From an uncultured Gammaproteobacteria bacterium (GTDB lineage Bacteria > Patescibacteriota > Microgenomatia > UBA8517): a DNA stretch of 64,000 bases. The stretch covers positions 37,153-101,152 of the forward strand of contig CAZWNZ010000003.1 in the NCBI GenBank assembly GCA_964635715.1. Direction: 5' to 3'. Shown here one piece after another: positions 37,218 through 46,657 of the stretch (position 1 is the first letter of the stretch; every line of letters starts with the position of its first letter). The notes below the pieces were generated by a model, which had not been told where the DNA came from, made no database searches, and worked only from the letters and a program-made list of their open reading frames with translations. The translations under genes were made by a program, and so were the position numbers.

Positions 37218-37795
37218 AAATTATATTGGCATCAAATTCAGCAATAAGAAAAAAATTAATGGATAGTTTGGAGGTTCCGTATAAAATCATTCCGGCAAAC
37301 ATTGATGAAAAAAAGATTCGTGATAGGAATCTAAGAGTTCGGTCTGAAAAGATAGCGAGAGCAAAAGCTGAATTTGTTGCAAAAAATAATGGAGGAATAA
37401 TTATTGCCGCTGACACTTTCGGATCTGTTAATGGTCAAGTTTTAGAAAAACCGAAAAACCTGGAAGAGGCAAAAGAGATGTTAAAGCTTCAATCGGACAA
37501 AGAATGCTTAATGTATACAGGTTTTTGCTATATAGACAGAAAAAACGATGTGGATTTTTCAGATTCGGTTGAGATAAAGTACACTTTTCGAAAACTTTCC
37601 GATGAAGAAATTAATTATCAGATAAAAAACGTGCCCGTACTTCAATATTCTGCAGCTTTTGCTCCAAATGATCCAAATCAAATTAGTCTGATTGCAGAAA
37701 TGGATGGTTCCTTTACAGGTCTTATGTATGGAATTCCTGCTGAGATTTTAATTCCGTTACTGCAAAAATCTGGAGTTAAATCATTTTCAAGATAA
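37214..37795 (+). CDS. maf: Maf family nucleoside triphosphate pyrophosphatase
   Basis: ILASNS..RK, IDEK, IAADT, LEKP. Confidence 0.88.
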   Translation: MKIILASNSAIRKKLMDSLEVPYKIIPANIDEKKIRDRNLRVRSEKIARAKAEFVAKNNGGIIIAADTFGSVNGQVLEKPKNLEEAKEMLKLQSDKECLMYTGFCYIDRKNDVDFSDSVEIKYTFRKLSDEEINYQIKNVPVLQYSAAFAPNDPNQISLIAEMDGSFTGLMYGIPAEILIPLLQKSGVKSFSR

Positions 37796-37967
37796 ACTTA
37801 CATCTTGTTGGGAATATTTTCTATAAATTTTTTTTGCCGGAATTTTTTCTAAATAACCAATTTCATCCTTTGAAAGCATAGCCAATTCTAACATTTGTGA
37901 CCAAGCAATTTACAAGAATCATCAAATACTTTATTATTTGTTTACGTTAGTTTTAAAGGGGGTGAGG

Positions 37968-38660
37968 ATGTTGAAAAAAATCTATTTAACTTTAACTTTA
38001 GTATTTACTTTAGGTTTTTTGGCGGTTGTTTTTAATGGAAATAGCTTTGCCAAAGCACAGACATCTGCTGGCAACCAGAATGATTTAAGAATTGAAGTAG
38101 ATACAGCTTCCCCTACGGGCAATCAAACTCAAAATCAGGTAAGCACTCAAAATATGGGTGAAGATACAAACTTGCAGGTAAGAACCGAAGAGCAGGAAAG
38201 CACAGGAGCCGGCAACGGAACGGGTTTGGAAAACAAAAATCCAAACGCCGTTGAACACATGAGCATTGTTGCACAAAGAGTGCAGGAATTGCTTCAGGTG
38301 AAGACAAAGGGCGGAATTGGTGATCAGGTAAGAATAATTGCCCAAGATCAAAATCAAGCGCAAGACCAAATACAAGCCCGTCTTGATAAAATAGAGGCTA
38401 AGGGCAATTTAGTAAAGTCGCTTTTTGGCTCGGATTATAAAGCCATTAAAGATCTGAAGCAGCTGCTCGAGCAAAATCAGTTGAGGATTCAAGAACTGCA
38501 GCAGTTAATGAATCAAGTTACAAACGAAGCTGATGAAGCAACTATCCAAGAAACAATAGAAGCTTTAACTCAGGAAAACATTTCTTTGCAGGAAATTATT
38601 TCCTCGGAAGAAAGTATGAAGAGTCTTTTTGGATGGTTAGTCAAACTTTTTGTTAATTAG
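37968..38660 (+). CDS. Secreted Gln-rich coiled-coil hypothetical protein
   Basis: Signal peptide; GGIGDQVR..AQ; SLFGWL C-terminus. Confidence 0.7.
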   Translation: MLKKIYLTLTLVFTLGFLAVVFNGNSFAKAQTSAGNQNDLRIEVDTASPTGNQTQNQVSTQNMGEDTNLQVRTEEQESTGAGNGTGLENKNPNAVEHMSIVAQRVQELLQVKTKGGIGDQVRIIAQDQNQAQDQIQARLDKIEAKGNLVKSLFGSDYKAIKDLKQLLEQNQLRIQELQQLMNQVTNEADEATIQETIEALTQENISLQEIISSEESMKSLFGWLVKLFVN

Positions 38661-38669
38661 TTAGTTTGA

Positions 38670-38709
38670 AAAACAAGCAATCTTTTGATTGAAGGGGATT
38701 GCTTGTTTT
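38670..38709 (+). terminator. Intrinsic terminator
   Basis: AAAACAAGCAATC...GATTGCTTGTTTT. Confidence 0.65.
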
Positions 38710-38726
38710 GTTGTATAATTACTTTC

Positions 38727-39260
38727 ATGGAAGAACAAAGCACTCAGTCCTCGGGAAATAAATTTATTCCTGTTTTGATATTTTTAGCAACACTCCTTGT
38801 TGTTGGGGCAATTTACCTTGTTGTTAACAAAAAAGATAGCAATCAGTACTTACAAACAACCGACCAGTCTGGTACTATTGACTCGAATGTTGAATCTGAA
38901 GAAATTGTTTCTTCTGAAGAAGAAATGGAAAAAGTAACTGAATTAAAAATTGAAGATGAAGTTGTCGGAACGGGAACTGAGGCGATTTCCGGGAAAACTG
39001 TAACAGTAAATTATTTGGGCACTCTTACAGATGGGACAAAATTTGATAGTTCTTATGACCGGAATGAACCCTTCAGTTTTACTCTTGGTGCAGGGGAGGT
39101 TATTGAAGGTTGGGACAAAGGAGTAGTTGGAATGAAGATTGGTGGAAAAAGAAAACTAACGATCCCATCCTCAATGGCTTATGGTGACAGTGGTATTTCC
39201 GGCGCTATCCCCGGAGGTGCAACATTGGTTTTTGAAGTTGAACTTCTCAAAGTTGAATAG
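38727..39260 (+). CDS. FKBP-type peptidyl-prolyl isomerase, membrane anchored
   Basis: [24 protein letters not shown]. Confidence 0.95.
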   Translation: MEEQSTQSSGNKFIPVLIFLATLLVVGAIYLVVNKKDSNQYLQTTDQSGTIDSNVESEEIVSSEEEMEKVTELKIEDEVVGTGTEAISGKTVTVNYLGTLTDGTKFDSSYDRNEPFSFTLGAGEVIEGWDKGVVGMKIGGKRKLTIPSSMAYGDSGISGAIPGGATLVFEVELLKVE

Positions 39261-40358
39261 ATGTCACAACTCTTTTTTAAGTCTAAGAATGGCAATATCC
39301 CTCTACCTCTATTTTTTCCTGATGCAACACGCGGTGTCATAAGATCTTTAGACACCGGTGATATAGAATCTACAAAAACAAATGGAATTTTAGTAAATAC
39401 TTTTCATCTTTGGCAGGAACTTGGTGGAGATGTTCTGGAGAAGTTTGGAGGTATTGGGAATTTTATGAATTTTTCCGGTGGAATTATTTCCGATTCAGGA
39501 GGTTTCCAAGTAATGTCCGTAATTAAATCAGGCGCTCTTAAGGGACGGATTACGGATGAGGGTGTGATTTTTCATCCAACCAAAAAAACCAAAAAGATAC
39601 TGACTCCCGAAAAGTCGATAGAATTTCAAATAAAACTAAAAACAGACATGGTCGTTGTACTGGATGACTTTACAGATCCCAAATACTCGTATGAAGAGGC
39701 GAAAGATTCTGTTGAAAGGACTATTCTTTGGGCAAAGCGCAGTAAAGATGAGTTTGAAAAGCTTTGTAAAAGTAAAAAAATAAGCGAGAAAGAAAAACCT
39801 TACATTCTAGGAGTGGTTCAAGGAGGGAAATACCAGGATCTTAGAAAATATTGCGCCGAAGAATTGGTAAAAATCGGCTTTGATGGTTTGGGTTATGGAG
39901 GTTGGCCAATTAATGATGAGGGTGATTTTGATTATGAATCTGCTAAAACTATTGCTGACAATACACCCAAAGATTATTTCCTCTATGGACTTGGTGTAGG
40001 AAAACCTGAAGAAGTTGTTGCCTTAAATAAAATGGGTTTTAACATCTTTGATTGTGTTCTTCCCACCCGCGACGCCAGGCACGGCAGACTTTATGTTTAT
40101 AACGCAAATTGTATAGAAGAAATTGATGTTCATAAACCGAACTTTTATTCTTTTTACACTCCCGACAAAGAAAGACATTATAAAGACAAATCACCGGTAA
40201 GTCTTGCGTGCAATTGTTTGCTTTGCAAAAGATATTCCAGATCGTATCTTGCCCACCTTTTCAAGATTGGAGATTTTACCGCAGGAAGATTAGCAACAAT
40301 CCATAACTTACGATTTTACTCGCTACTAATGGAGAAACTAGACTTGACAAATCCGTGA
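39261..40358 (+). CDS. tgt: tRNA-guanine transglycosylase
   Basis: DSGGFQ, GVVQGG, FDCVLPTR, CxCxxC...H zinc site. Confidence 0.93.
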   Translation: MSQLFFKSKNGNIPLPLFFPDATRGVIRSLDTGDIESTKTNGILVNTFHLWQELGGDVLEKFGGIGNFMNFSGGIISDSGGFQVMSVIKSGALKGRITDEGVIFHPTKKTKKILTPEKSIEFQIKLKTDMVVVLDDFTDPKYSYEEAKDSVERTILWAKRSKDEFEKLCKSKKISEKEKPYILGVVQGGKYQDLRKYCAEELVKIGFDGLGYGGWPINDEGDFDYESAKTIADNTPKDYFLYGLGVGKPEEVVALNKMGFNIFDCVLPTRDARHGRLYVYNANCIEEIDVHKPNFYSFYTPDKERHYKDKSPVSLACNCLLCKRYSRSYLAHLFKIGDFTAGRLATIHNLRFYSLLMEKLDLTNP

Positions 40359-40384
40359 CATAGTGTCTATACTTGCGCACTACT

Positions 40385-41035
40385 ATGGAAGAGGCTCAAA
40401 ATCAATCTCAAGGATTTTCCCAGGGGACTCCACAACCGGGGGAAGACAGAGTTTCTTTTCCCACTGTCGGCAGCGATAAAAAAAATGGCGGCGCAAAAAC
40501 ACTTTTGATCATTGGTATTCTGATATTGGTTGGGATTTTAGGCTATGTGATTTATAAAAGTGCATCCGGCAACAATGAGGATACTGCTTTAACAGAACCG
40601 ACCTCTTATGAAAATATGGCAGCTCCCGACGAAAATCCTGTTCCAACCGAAACTCCAATTCCCGAATCGTCACTAACAGCTGAAGATAGAGAGGACGTTA
40701 CCATACAAGTACAGAATGGAACCGGAGTATCAGGTGAAGCAGCTTATTTAAAGGATATATTGGAGGATATGGGTTATTCGGAAGTAGCCACAAGTAACTC
40801 TGCTTCTCAGGATGCTACATCCACTAAGGTTAGTTTTTCAAGCTCGGTCTCAGCAGCTGTCAAAAGCGAGATAATCGCAAAGCTGAACTCTTTGTATAAG
40901 AGTGTTAGCGAAACAAGTTCAACAAGTTCCTCATATGATGTTGTCGTAATAACAGGTTTGAAGAAAGGCGCTACTGCAAAACCTTCGGCTTCACCTTCTG
41001 CTTCTCCGACCCCAACTGCTACCCCCGAGGATTAA
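40385..41035 (+). CDS. LytR C-terminal domain membrane protein
   Basis: IQVQNGTGVSGEA...YDVVVITG. Confidence 0.85.
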   Translation: MEEAQNQSQGFSQGTPQPGEDRVSFPTVGSDKKNGGAKTLLIIGILILVGILGYVIYKSASGNNEDTALTEPTSYENMAAPDENPVPTETPIPESSLTAEDREDVTIQVQNGTGVSGEAAYLKDILEDMGYSEVATSNSASQDATSTKVSFSSSVSAAVKSEIIAKLNSLYKSVSETSSTSSSYDVVVITGLKKGATAKPSASPSASPTPTATPED

Positions 41036-41064
41036 TATATTTTCGATTATGCTAAAATGAGTGT

Positions 41065-41523
41065 ATGAATGGCTTGCCCAAGATACCTTCAGGTCAATTT
41101 GATTTTAATATAGGAGGCATTACTATCCCTATACAATATTGGCAAGTGACTGCAATAATAGCCTTTGTTTTTGTTGTAGTTCTTCTTTTAGCCAAACTTC
41201 GGCGACACAGGGTTGACTGGTCGTTTAAAGGTGTGGCCTTCGGAGTATTTTTTGGATTCCTTTTGGCTTTGTTTATGGAAGGGTTTTTGATAATTGGAGG
41301 AAGAACCGCTTTAACATCAGTTTTAGGCTGGGAAAATCCACCTCCGTTTTTGGCCACCGCCCTTGATTCAGGTAAAAACAAGCTGGTGCAAGTTTTGGGG
41401 ATAAAAGACCAAATCCCATCTTCTTTTGCCAGTGAGAATGTTACCGCGAACGATGCTATAGAAATTTTACAGAGATTAAATCCAGCTGATACAAAAACTG
41501 TCAAATCAGTTTACTGTAGGTAA
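41065..41523 (+). CDS. Hypothetical membrane protein
   Basis: Two TM helices; extended -10 six nt before ATG. Confidence 0.7.
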   Translation: MNGLPKIPSGQFDFNIGGITIPIQYWQVTAIIAFVFVVVLLLAKLRRHRVDWSFKGVAFGVFFGFLLALFMEGFLIIGGRTALTSVLGWENPPPFLATALDSGKNKLVQVLGIKDQIPSSFASENVTANDAIEILQRLNPADTKTVKSVYCR

Positions 41524-41594
41524 TTTCTCTGTTTTCTTTTCCTCTTTTACCCTCCACCTTTCACCTTTTACCTAGTTTAGGTATACTTCAAGGT

Positions 41595-42650
41595 ATGAAA
41601 GAAGAAAAACAAACACCTGAGGAATTAATAATAAGGTTGCAAAAATTAATTGAGGTAACCCGGCTTTCTGAAAAGAAAGAAAAAATTATTGATTTGGAAG
41701 CCAAAGTTTCTGAACCTGATTTGTGGAATAATCCGGAAAACGCAAAAGCCTTAACACAGGAACTCTCCGATTTGAAAAAAGAGATAGAGGAAGTGGAGGA
41801 ACTTTCAGAAACATTGGAGATTTTAAAGCAAGTTAAGGATGAAAAAGAACTGGTAAAAGCCGAGAGGGATCTTGCCAAGCTTGAGCTTTTGTCTTATCTT
41901 TCTGGCGACTATGATGCCAAAAATGCTCTAATATCAATTCACGCGGGACAAGGTGGTACTGAAGCTATGGATTGGACAGGAATGCTTTATAGAATGTATT
42001 TAAGATTTTGTGAGCGTAAAGACTGGGGTACTCAAACTTTAGATTATACTGCGGGGGAAGAAGCTGGAGTTAAAAGCGTTACCTTTAAAGTTTCCGGTCA
42101 TTATGCTTATGGATACCTCAAGGGTGAAGCCGGTACTCACAGATTGGTCCGCCAATCTCCTTTTAATGCAGATAAATTAAGACAGACCTCTTTTGCATTA
42201 GTTGAGGTTATGCCTGAACTTGAAGATATGGATCTTAAAGATCTCCAAATAAAAGATGACGATTTGGACTGGCAATTTATTCATGCCGGCGGCCATGGTG
42301 GACAGAATGTTAACAAAGTGGCAACAGCTGTAAGACTTACACATATACCTACCGGAATTGTTATCACAGCGTCAACAGAGCGATTCCAGGAGCAGAATAG
42401 AAAAGCTGCTTTGGACTTATTGCGTGGTAAACTTTGGCTGAGACAGCAGGAAGTTGAGAAGGGTCTTAAAAAGGAGATTAAAGGAGATTATCGTCCGGCT
42501 TCGTGGGGTACCCAAATCAGAAGCTATGTTTTGCACCCGTATAAAATGATTAAAGATCTTCGGACTGAAGTCGAAACTGGAAATACGGTGGCGGTACTGG
42601 ATGGAGAAATTGATGAGTTTGTTGATGCTGAACTAAAACTGAAAATATAA
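41595..42650 (+). CDS. prfB: Peptide chain release factor 2 (no programmed frameshift)
   Basis: SPF motif, GGQ, WGTQIRSY; continuous ORF. Confidence 0.96.
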   Translation: MKEEKQTPEELIIRLQKLIEVTRLSEKKEKIIDLEAKVSEPDLWNNPENAKALTQELSDLKKEIEEVEELSETLEILKQVKDEKELVKAERDLAKLELLSYLSGDYDAKNALISIHAGQGGTEAMDWTGMLYRMYLRFCERKDWGTQTLDYTAGEEAGVKSVTFKVSGHYAYGYLKGEAGTHRLVRQSPFNADKLRQTSFALVEVMPELEDMDLKDLQIKDDDLDWQFIHAGGHGGQNVNKVATAVRLTHIPTGIVITASTERFQEQNRKAALDLLRGKLWLRQQEVEKGLKKEIKGDYRPASWGTQIRSYVLHPYKMIKDLRTEVETGNTVAVLDGEIDEFVDAELKLKI

Positions 42651-42691
42651 ATTTGCGTTTTTGTCTTTTAGGGTGTTATATTGAGAATTAC

Positions 42692-43117
42692 ATGGAACCT
42701 CATAATAATCAGGGCGGTAAAAAGAAATGGCCGTATATTTTAGGATCTCTTTTGATTGTTTTGGCAGGAATCGGAACTGCTTGGTTTATTTCTTCGAAAA
42801 CGAATATTGGGACAGGTTCCGGATCGGAAGCAGCTCCTGGAGTTAAAGTCACTTCTACCGAAGCAGGCAAGCTTGATCCTAATATTAAATACGACACTGC
42901 AACAGGTGTTCTGGAAGAAGGGGGTATTGCAGGAGAGGGAACCTATCATCTTGCGCGCAATGGTGGAGGATCTTCTAAAGATGTAGCACTTACATCCAGC
43001 ACAGTGAGTCTTGATCCATTTTTAGGCAAAACGGTTGAAATTTGGGGCGAAACAATATCTTCAACAAGGCCCGGCGGATGGCTAATGGACGTTGCCAAAA
43101 TAAAAGTTGCTGAGTGA
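42692..43117 (+). CDS. Hypothetical membrane-anchored protein
   Basis: N-terminal TM, small beta domain. Confidence 0.65.
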   Translation: MEPHNNQGGKKKWPYILGSLLIVLAGIGTAWFISSKTNIGTGSGSEAAPGVKVTSTEAGKLDPNIKYDTATGVLEEGGIAGEGTYHLARNGGGSSKDVALTSSTVSLDPFLGKTVEIWGETISSTRPGGWLMDVAKIKVAE

Positions 43118-43161
43118 TTATTAGGACTGGCGTAATTCGTTTTCACCTGCTAGTCTAAATT

Positions 43162-43947
43162 ATGTCTCAAGAAGAGCCTATTTTAATAAGTTTTAAAAAT
43201 GTATCTAAGTCATATGGTTCTATTGTGGCGTTGGATGATGTTTCCCTCGAAGTTAGAAAAGGGGAATTTGTATTTTTAACAGGGCCTTCAGGTTCCGGCA
43301 AAACCACGATTTTAAAATTGATTTTAGGAGAAATCATACCCAACAAAGGTGAAGTTAAGGTAGAAAATCTCGATGTGGCTAATTTGATTGAAAAAGATAT
43401 ACCTTTATTCCGACAGAAAATCGGTGTAATTTTTCAGGATTTTAAAGTTCTTCCTGACCGCACTGTATACGAAAATGTGGCTGTTGCTTTAGCTGTGATT
43501 GGACTTTCCGAGAATGAATGGGAAGAGAGAGTGAAGCATGTTTTAAATCTTGTTGGCTTGGAGAATCAGATGAATATGTTTCCATCTCAGCTTTCCGGAG
43601 GAGAATTACAAAGGGTATCTCTTGCCAGGGCTCTTTCAGTTAACCCCAAAATTATTTTGGCAGACGAACCAACGGGCAATCTTGATTGGGAGACATCAGA
43701 CGTTTTAATGAGGCTTCTTGAAAAAATCAACAAAGAAGGAAAAACTGTGATTATGGCCACTCACAATATGGAGATAGTAGATAAATACAAGAAGAGAGTA
43801 ATTCATGTTGAAAAACCTAAGCTGTCGATTAAAGAAGAAAAAGATGCCGATGAAATAAAGAAACACAAAAACGAAAATGAAAACAAAAAGAAGGAGAATG
43901 ATTCCAAAAAGAATGTTGTCGATGATGATAAAATAAAAGATCAATGA
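43162..43947 (+). CDS. ftsE: Cell division ATP-binding protein FtsE
   Basis: GPSGSGKT, FQDF, LSGGE, ADEPTGNLD; precedes ftsX. Confidence 0.92.
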   Translation: MSQEEPILISFKNVSKSYGSIVALDDVSLEVRKGEFVFLTGPSGSGKTTILKLILGEIIPNKGEVKVENLDVANLIEKDIPLFRQKIGVIFQDFKVLPDRTVYENVAVALAVIGLSENEWEERVKHVLNLVGLENQMNMFPSQLSGGELQRVSLARALSVNPKIILADEPTGNLDWETSDVLMRLLEKINKEGKTVIMATHNMEIVDKYKKRVIHVEKPKLSIKEEKDADEIKKHKNENENKKKENDSKKNVVDDDKIKDQ

Positions 43948-44858
43948 GCACCCATTTTAAAACTGCATGGAGTTACATTAGAAGATCCCCATTTCAGGCT
44001 CTTGCTGCCTCATTTGTTTTAACACTGACATTTTTTGTTACAACAATTGTTTCTGTTTTGGTTTATTCATCGTCAAAATTAATTACTTATTTTGAAACCA
44101 GGCCTCAGGTCATAGCTTTTTTGAAAAGTGATGCTGGCGATACAGATGTGGCAAACCTTCAGCATAAATTGGAAGAGAATCTATATATCGAAGACGTCAA
44201 ATATGTAAGCAAAGAAGAGGCACTGGCAATATATAAAAATGCAACCAGCGACAATCCCCAACTGGGGGAGTTGGTAAGCCCTTCTGTTTTTCCATCATCA
44301 CTAGAATTTTCAGTATCGGATTTATCTTTCGCCCAAAGCGTAATCGATGAGGTAAAGGCGGAAAGTATTGTTGAGTCGGTTGGTTTTACGGCCGCCATTG
44401 GCGGAGAAGCCAGCTTGGGTGATGTAATCAGCCGTCTTAAAACAATTACAACATATGTGAGAATAGGCGGACTCATATTTGTCGGTCTTTTGGCAATTAC
44501 TTCTTTAGTTATCCTTCTGGTCGTAACCAGTATGCGCGTTGTCAAAAGGAGGGAAGAAGTAGAAATACTCAAGTTAATTGGTGCCTCCAAAGGTTTTATT
44601 AGAAGCCCATTGGTTATTGAGGCTTTTATATATACGCTTTCCGGAGTATTTTTTGGCTGGGCAATCGCTTTCATTGCAGTTCTCTATCTTTCGCCGTCGG
44701 TGGTGACATATTTTGGCACCATTCCAATTCTTCCGAAAGATATACTGGGGTTATTTGAGCTTTTTGGCGTAATTCTGGGGATAGAACTATTGGGCGGTTC
44801 AATTTTAGCATCAGGTGGAAGTTTGATGACCATATCCAGGGTTAAAAAGATGAGATGA
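43944..44858 (+). CDS. ftsX: Cell division permease FtsX
   Basis: YVSKEEA, RREEVEILKLIGA..FIR.P...E. Confidence 0.92.
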   Translation: MSTHFKTAWSYIRRSPFQALAASFVLTLTFFVTTIVSVLVYSSSKLITYFETRPQVIAFLKSDAGDTDVANLQHKLEENLYIEDVKYVSKEEALAIYKNATSDNPQLGELVSPSVFPSSLEFSVSDLSFAQSVIDEVKAESIVESVGFTAAIGGEASLGDVISRLKTITTYVRIGGLIFVGLLAITSLVILLVVTSMRVVKRREEVEILKLIGASKGFIRSPLVIEAFIYTLSGVFFGWAIAFIAVLYLSPSVVTYFGTIPILPKDILGLFELFGVILGIELLGGSILASGGSLMTISRVKKMR

Positions 44859-44870
44859 TAGAATTATGCA

Positions 44871-46049
44871 ATGGAATATGTTTTTAAAAAAAGTTTTTTA
44901 CTTCTTAGCGTCCTTCTAATATTTTTTGCATTTACAAAAAATGCTTATGCACAAACTTGCGGTAGCTTGGATGAATGCAGCACTTTAATTAAGCAATATG
45001 AGGAACAGATTACTAAACTTCAAGGTCAGGCAAGCACTTTGAAAAATCAAATTGCCCAATTTGATACACAGATAAAATTAACCTCACTTAAGATTGCCCA
45101 AACCGAAGAACAAATAAAGATGCTTGGGGGAAGAATTGACCAACTTGGAGATTCGTTAAATTCTTTGACGGAAGCATTTAACGCCAGGGCGGTGGAGACT
45201 TATAAATTATCAAAAATAGAAAATAATATTGTTTTGATTCTTTCCGTGGGCAATTTGGAGGAAGTTGTCACAAAGTTTCATTATTTACAGAGAATTCAGG
45301 AGGAGGACCAAAATTTACTTATAAGACTTGAACAAGCCCAGACAACTTACGAGGGTGAAAAAACAGAGCAGGAAACTTTGCAAGCCCAGCTTGAAACCCA
45401 AAAGACAAATCTAAATTCGCAAAAAACTGCAAAGAATAGTCTCCTGTCAGCTACTAAAAATGATGAGTCTAAATATCAAAGTTTACTTAGCCAAGCCAAA
45501 GCGCAGCTTGCTGCTTTCCAAAGCTATGTTACCAGACAGGGTGGAGCATCTATTCTTAGTGGGCAGACAAAATGTAATGATTGGGGATGTTATTACAATC
45601 AAAGGGATGCTGAATGGGGAAATATCGGGTTAGGAGGTTCGTCATATACGGTTGCAAATTATGGGTGCTTGGTTACTTCCGTTTCAATGTTGGCAAGTCA
45701 CTATGGTAAAAATATTAAACCGGGTGATATAGCTGTCAGTAGCGATGCTTTTGTTCCGGGTACCGGTTACCTATATCATTCATTTTTTGCCAATGGTGTT
45801 TCTATTTCCGTGTCGGCTGTTTCCAAAAGCCTGCTCGATTCGGAACTTGCGGCAGGACGACCTGTGATAGCAGGTCTTTACTCCGGGCCTGACCATTTTA
45901 TCGTTATCGTTAGAAAAGACGGAGATAACTATATAATGAAAGATCCGTTTTTGGAAAACGGAGCTGGTTCCGATGGAAATGGTAGACCGTTGACCGATGA
46001 ATATAGTGCCTCCGATATAACAAGTTTGCGCTTGGTAAGCTTCAACTAA
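44871..46049 (+). CDS. Secreted coiled-coil protein with C39-like peptidase domain (FtsEX partner)
   Basis: PcsB/CwlO-like coiled coil; YYNQRD..W, GCLVTS, HFIV, DP. Confidence 0.8.
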   Translation: MEYVFKKSFLLLSVLLIFFAFTKNAYAQTCGSLDECSTLIKQYEEQITKLQGQASTLKNQIAQFDTQIKLTSLKIAQTEEQIKMLGGRIDQLGDSLNSLTEAFNARAVETYKLSKIENNIVLILSVGNLEEVVTKFHYLQRIQEEDQNLLIRLEQAQTTYEGEKTEQETLQAQLETQKTNLNSQKTAKNSLLSATKNDESKYQSLLSQAKAQLAAFQSYVTRQGGASILSGQTKCNDWGCYYNQRDAEWGNIGLGGSSYTVANYGCLVTSVSMLASHYGKNIKPGDIAVSSDAFVPGTGYLYHSFFANGVSISVSAVSKSLLDSELAAGRPVIAGLYSGPDHFIVIVRKDGDNYIMKDPFLENGAGSDGNGRPLTDEYSASDITSLRLVSFN

Positions 46050-46204
46050 CTTTCACTGATGATAGCGTTAATGAATGATACAAAGATTTAATATTATTAA
46101 TATATTCATCATTTCATTTATGTGTTAGTATATAATTACGATAGTAACTAATCTACAAAACCCTGTTTCACTGATTCAAATCAGTAAAACAGTGATCTGC
46201 TGAA

Positions 46205-46648
46205 ATGGCAAGAATATCTAAATATCCGATTTCTAACGATGTGTATAAAAGAATATCAGATATATTTTTATGGGTATTGGTGAACCTAAGATCCAAAAAC
46301 GAATCATTAAACTTTGTCAATGAATTTTTAACTCCAACTGAAAGAATAATGTTGGCCAAAAGATTAGCAATCAGTCTACTTCTAGCAAAAGAATATAGTT
46401 ATAGAGATATTTCAAGAACTCTCCGAGTCAGTACTGCGACAATAGGAACAGTGTCTACTCAATATAAATACGGTTCCGTTCTGAAAAAATTAGTTTTTAT
46501 TCTTTTGGAAGATGAAAAGTTAGAAGACTTTTGGTTATCTGTTGGTGAAACAATATCTTCAATAGGATTAATTGGTGGTAAGGGTGCTGGAAGTTGGAGA
46601 TATCTGAATACAGAAATAAAGAAAAAACGTTCTCAAAAAGCGTTCTAA
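46205..46648 (+). CDS. TrpR/YerC-like transcriptional regulator
   Basis: LTPTERIMLAKRL...YRDIS..L.VS.ATI. Confidence 0.85.
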   Translation: MARISKYPISNDVYKRISDIFLWVLVNLRSKNESLNFVNEFLTPTERIMLAKRLAISLLLAKEYSYRDISRTLRVSTATIGTVSTQYKYGSVLKKLVFILLEDEKLEDFWLSVGETISSIGLIGGKGAGSWRYLNTEIKKKRSQKAF

Positions 46649-46657
46649 TTTGTATCA

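Noticed and set aside
41595-41700. prfB programmed +1 frameshift
   Set aside because: The ORF is continuous with no CTT-TGA site; loss of the frameshift is known in many lineages.
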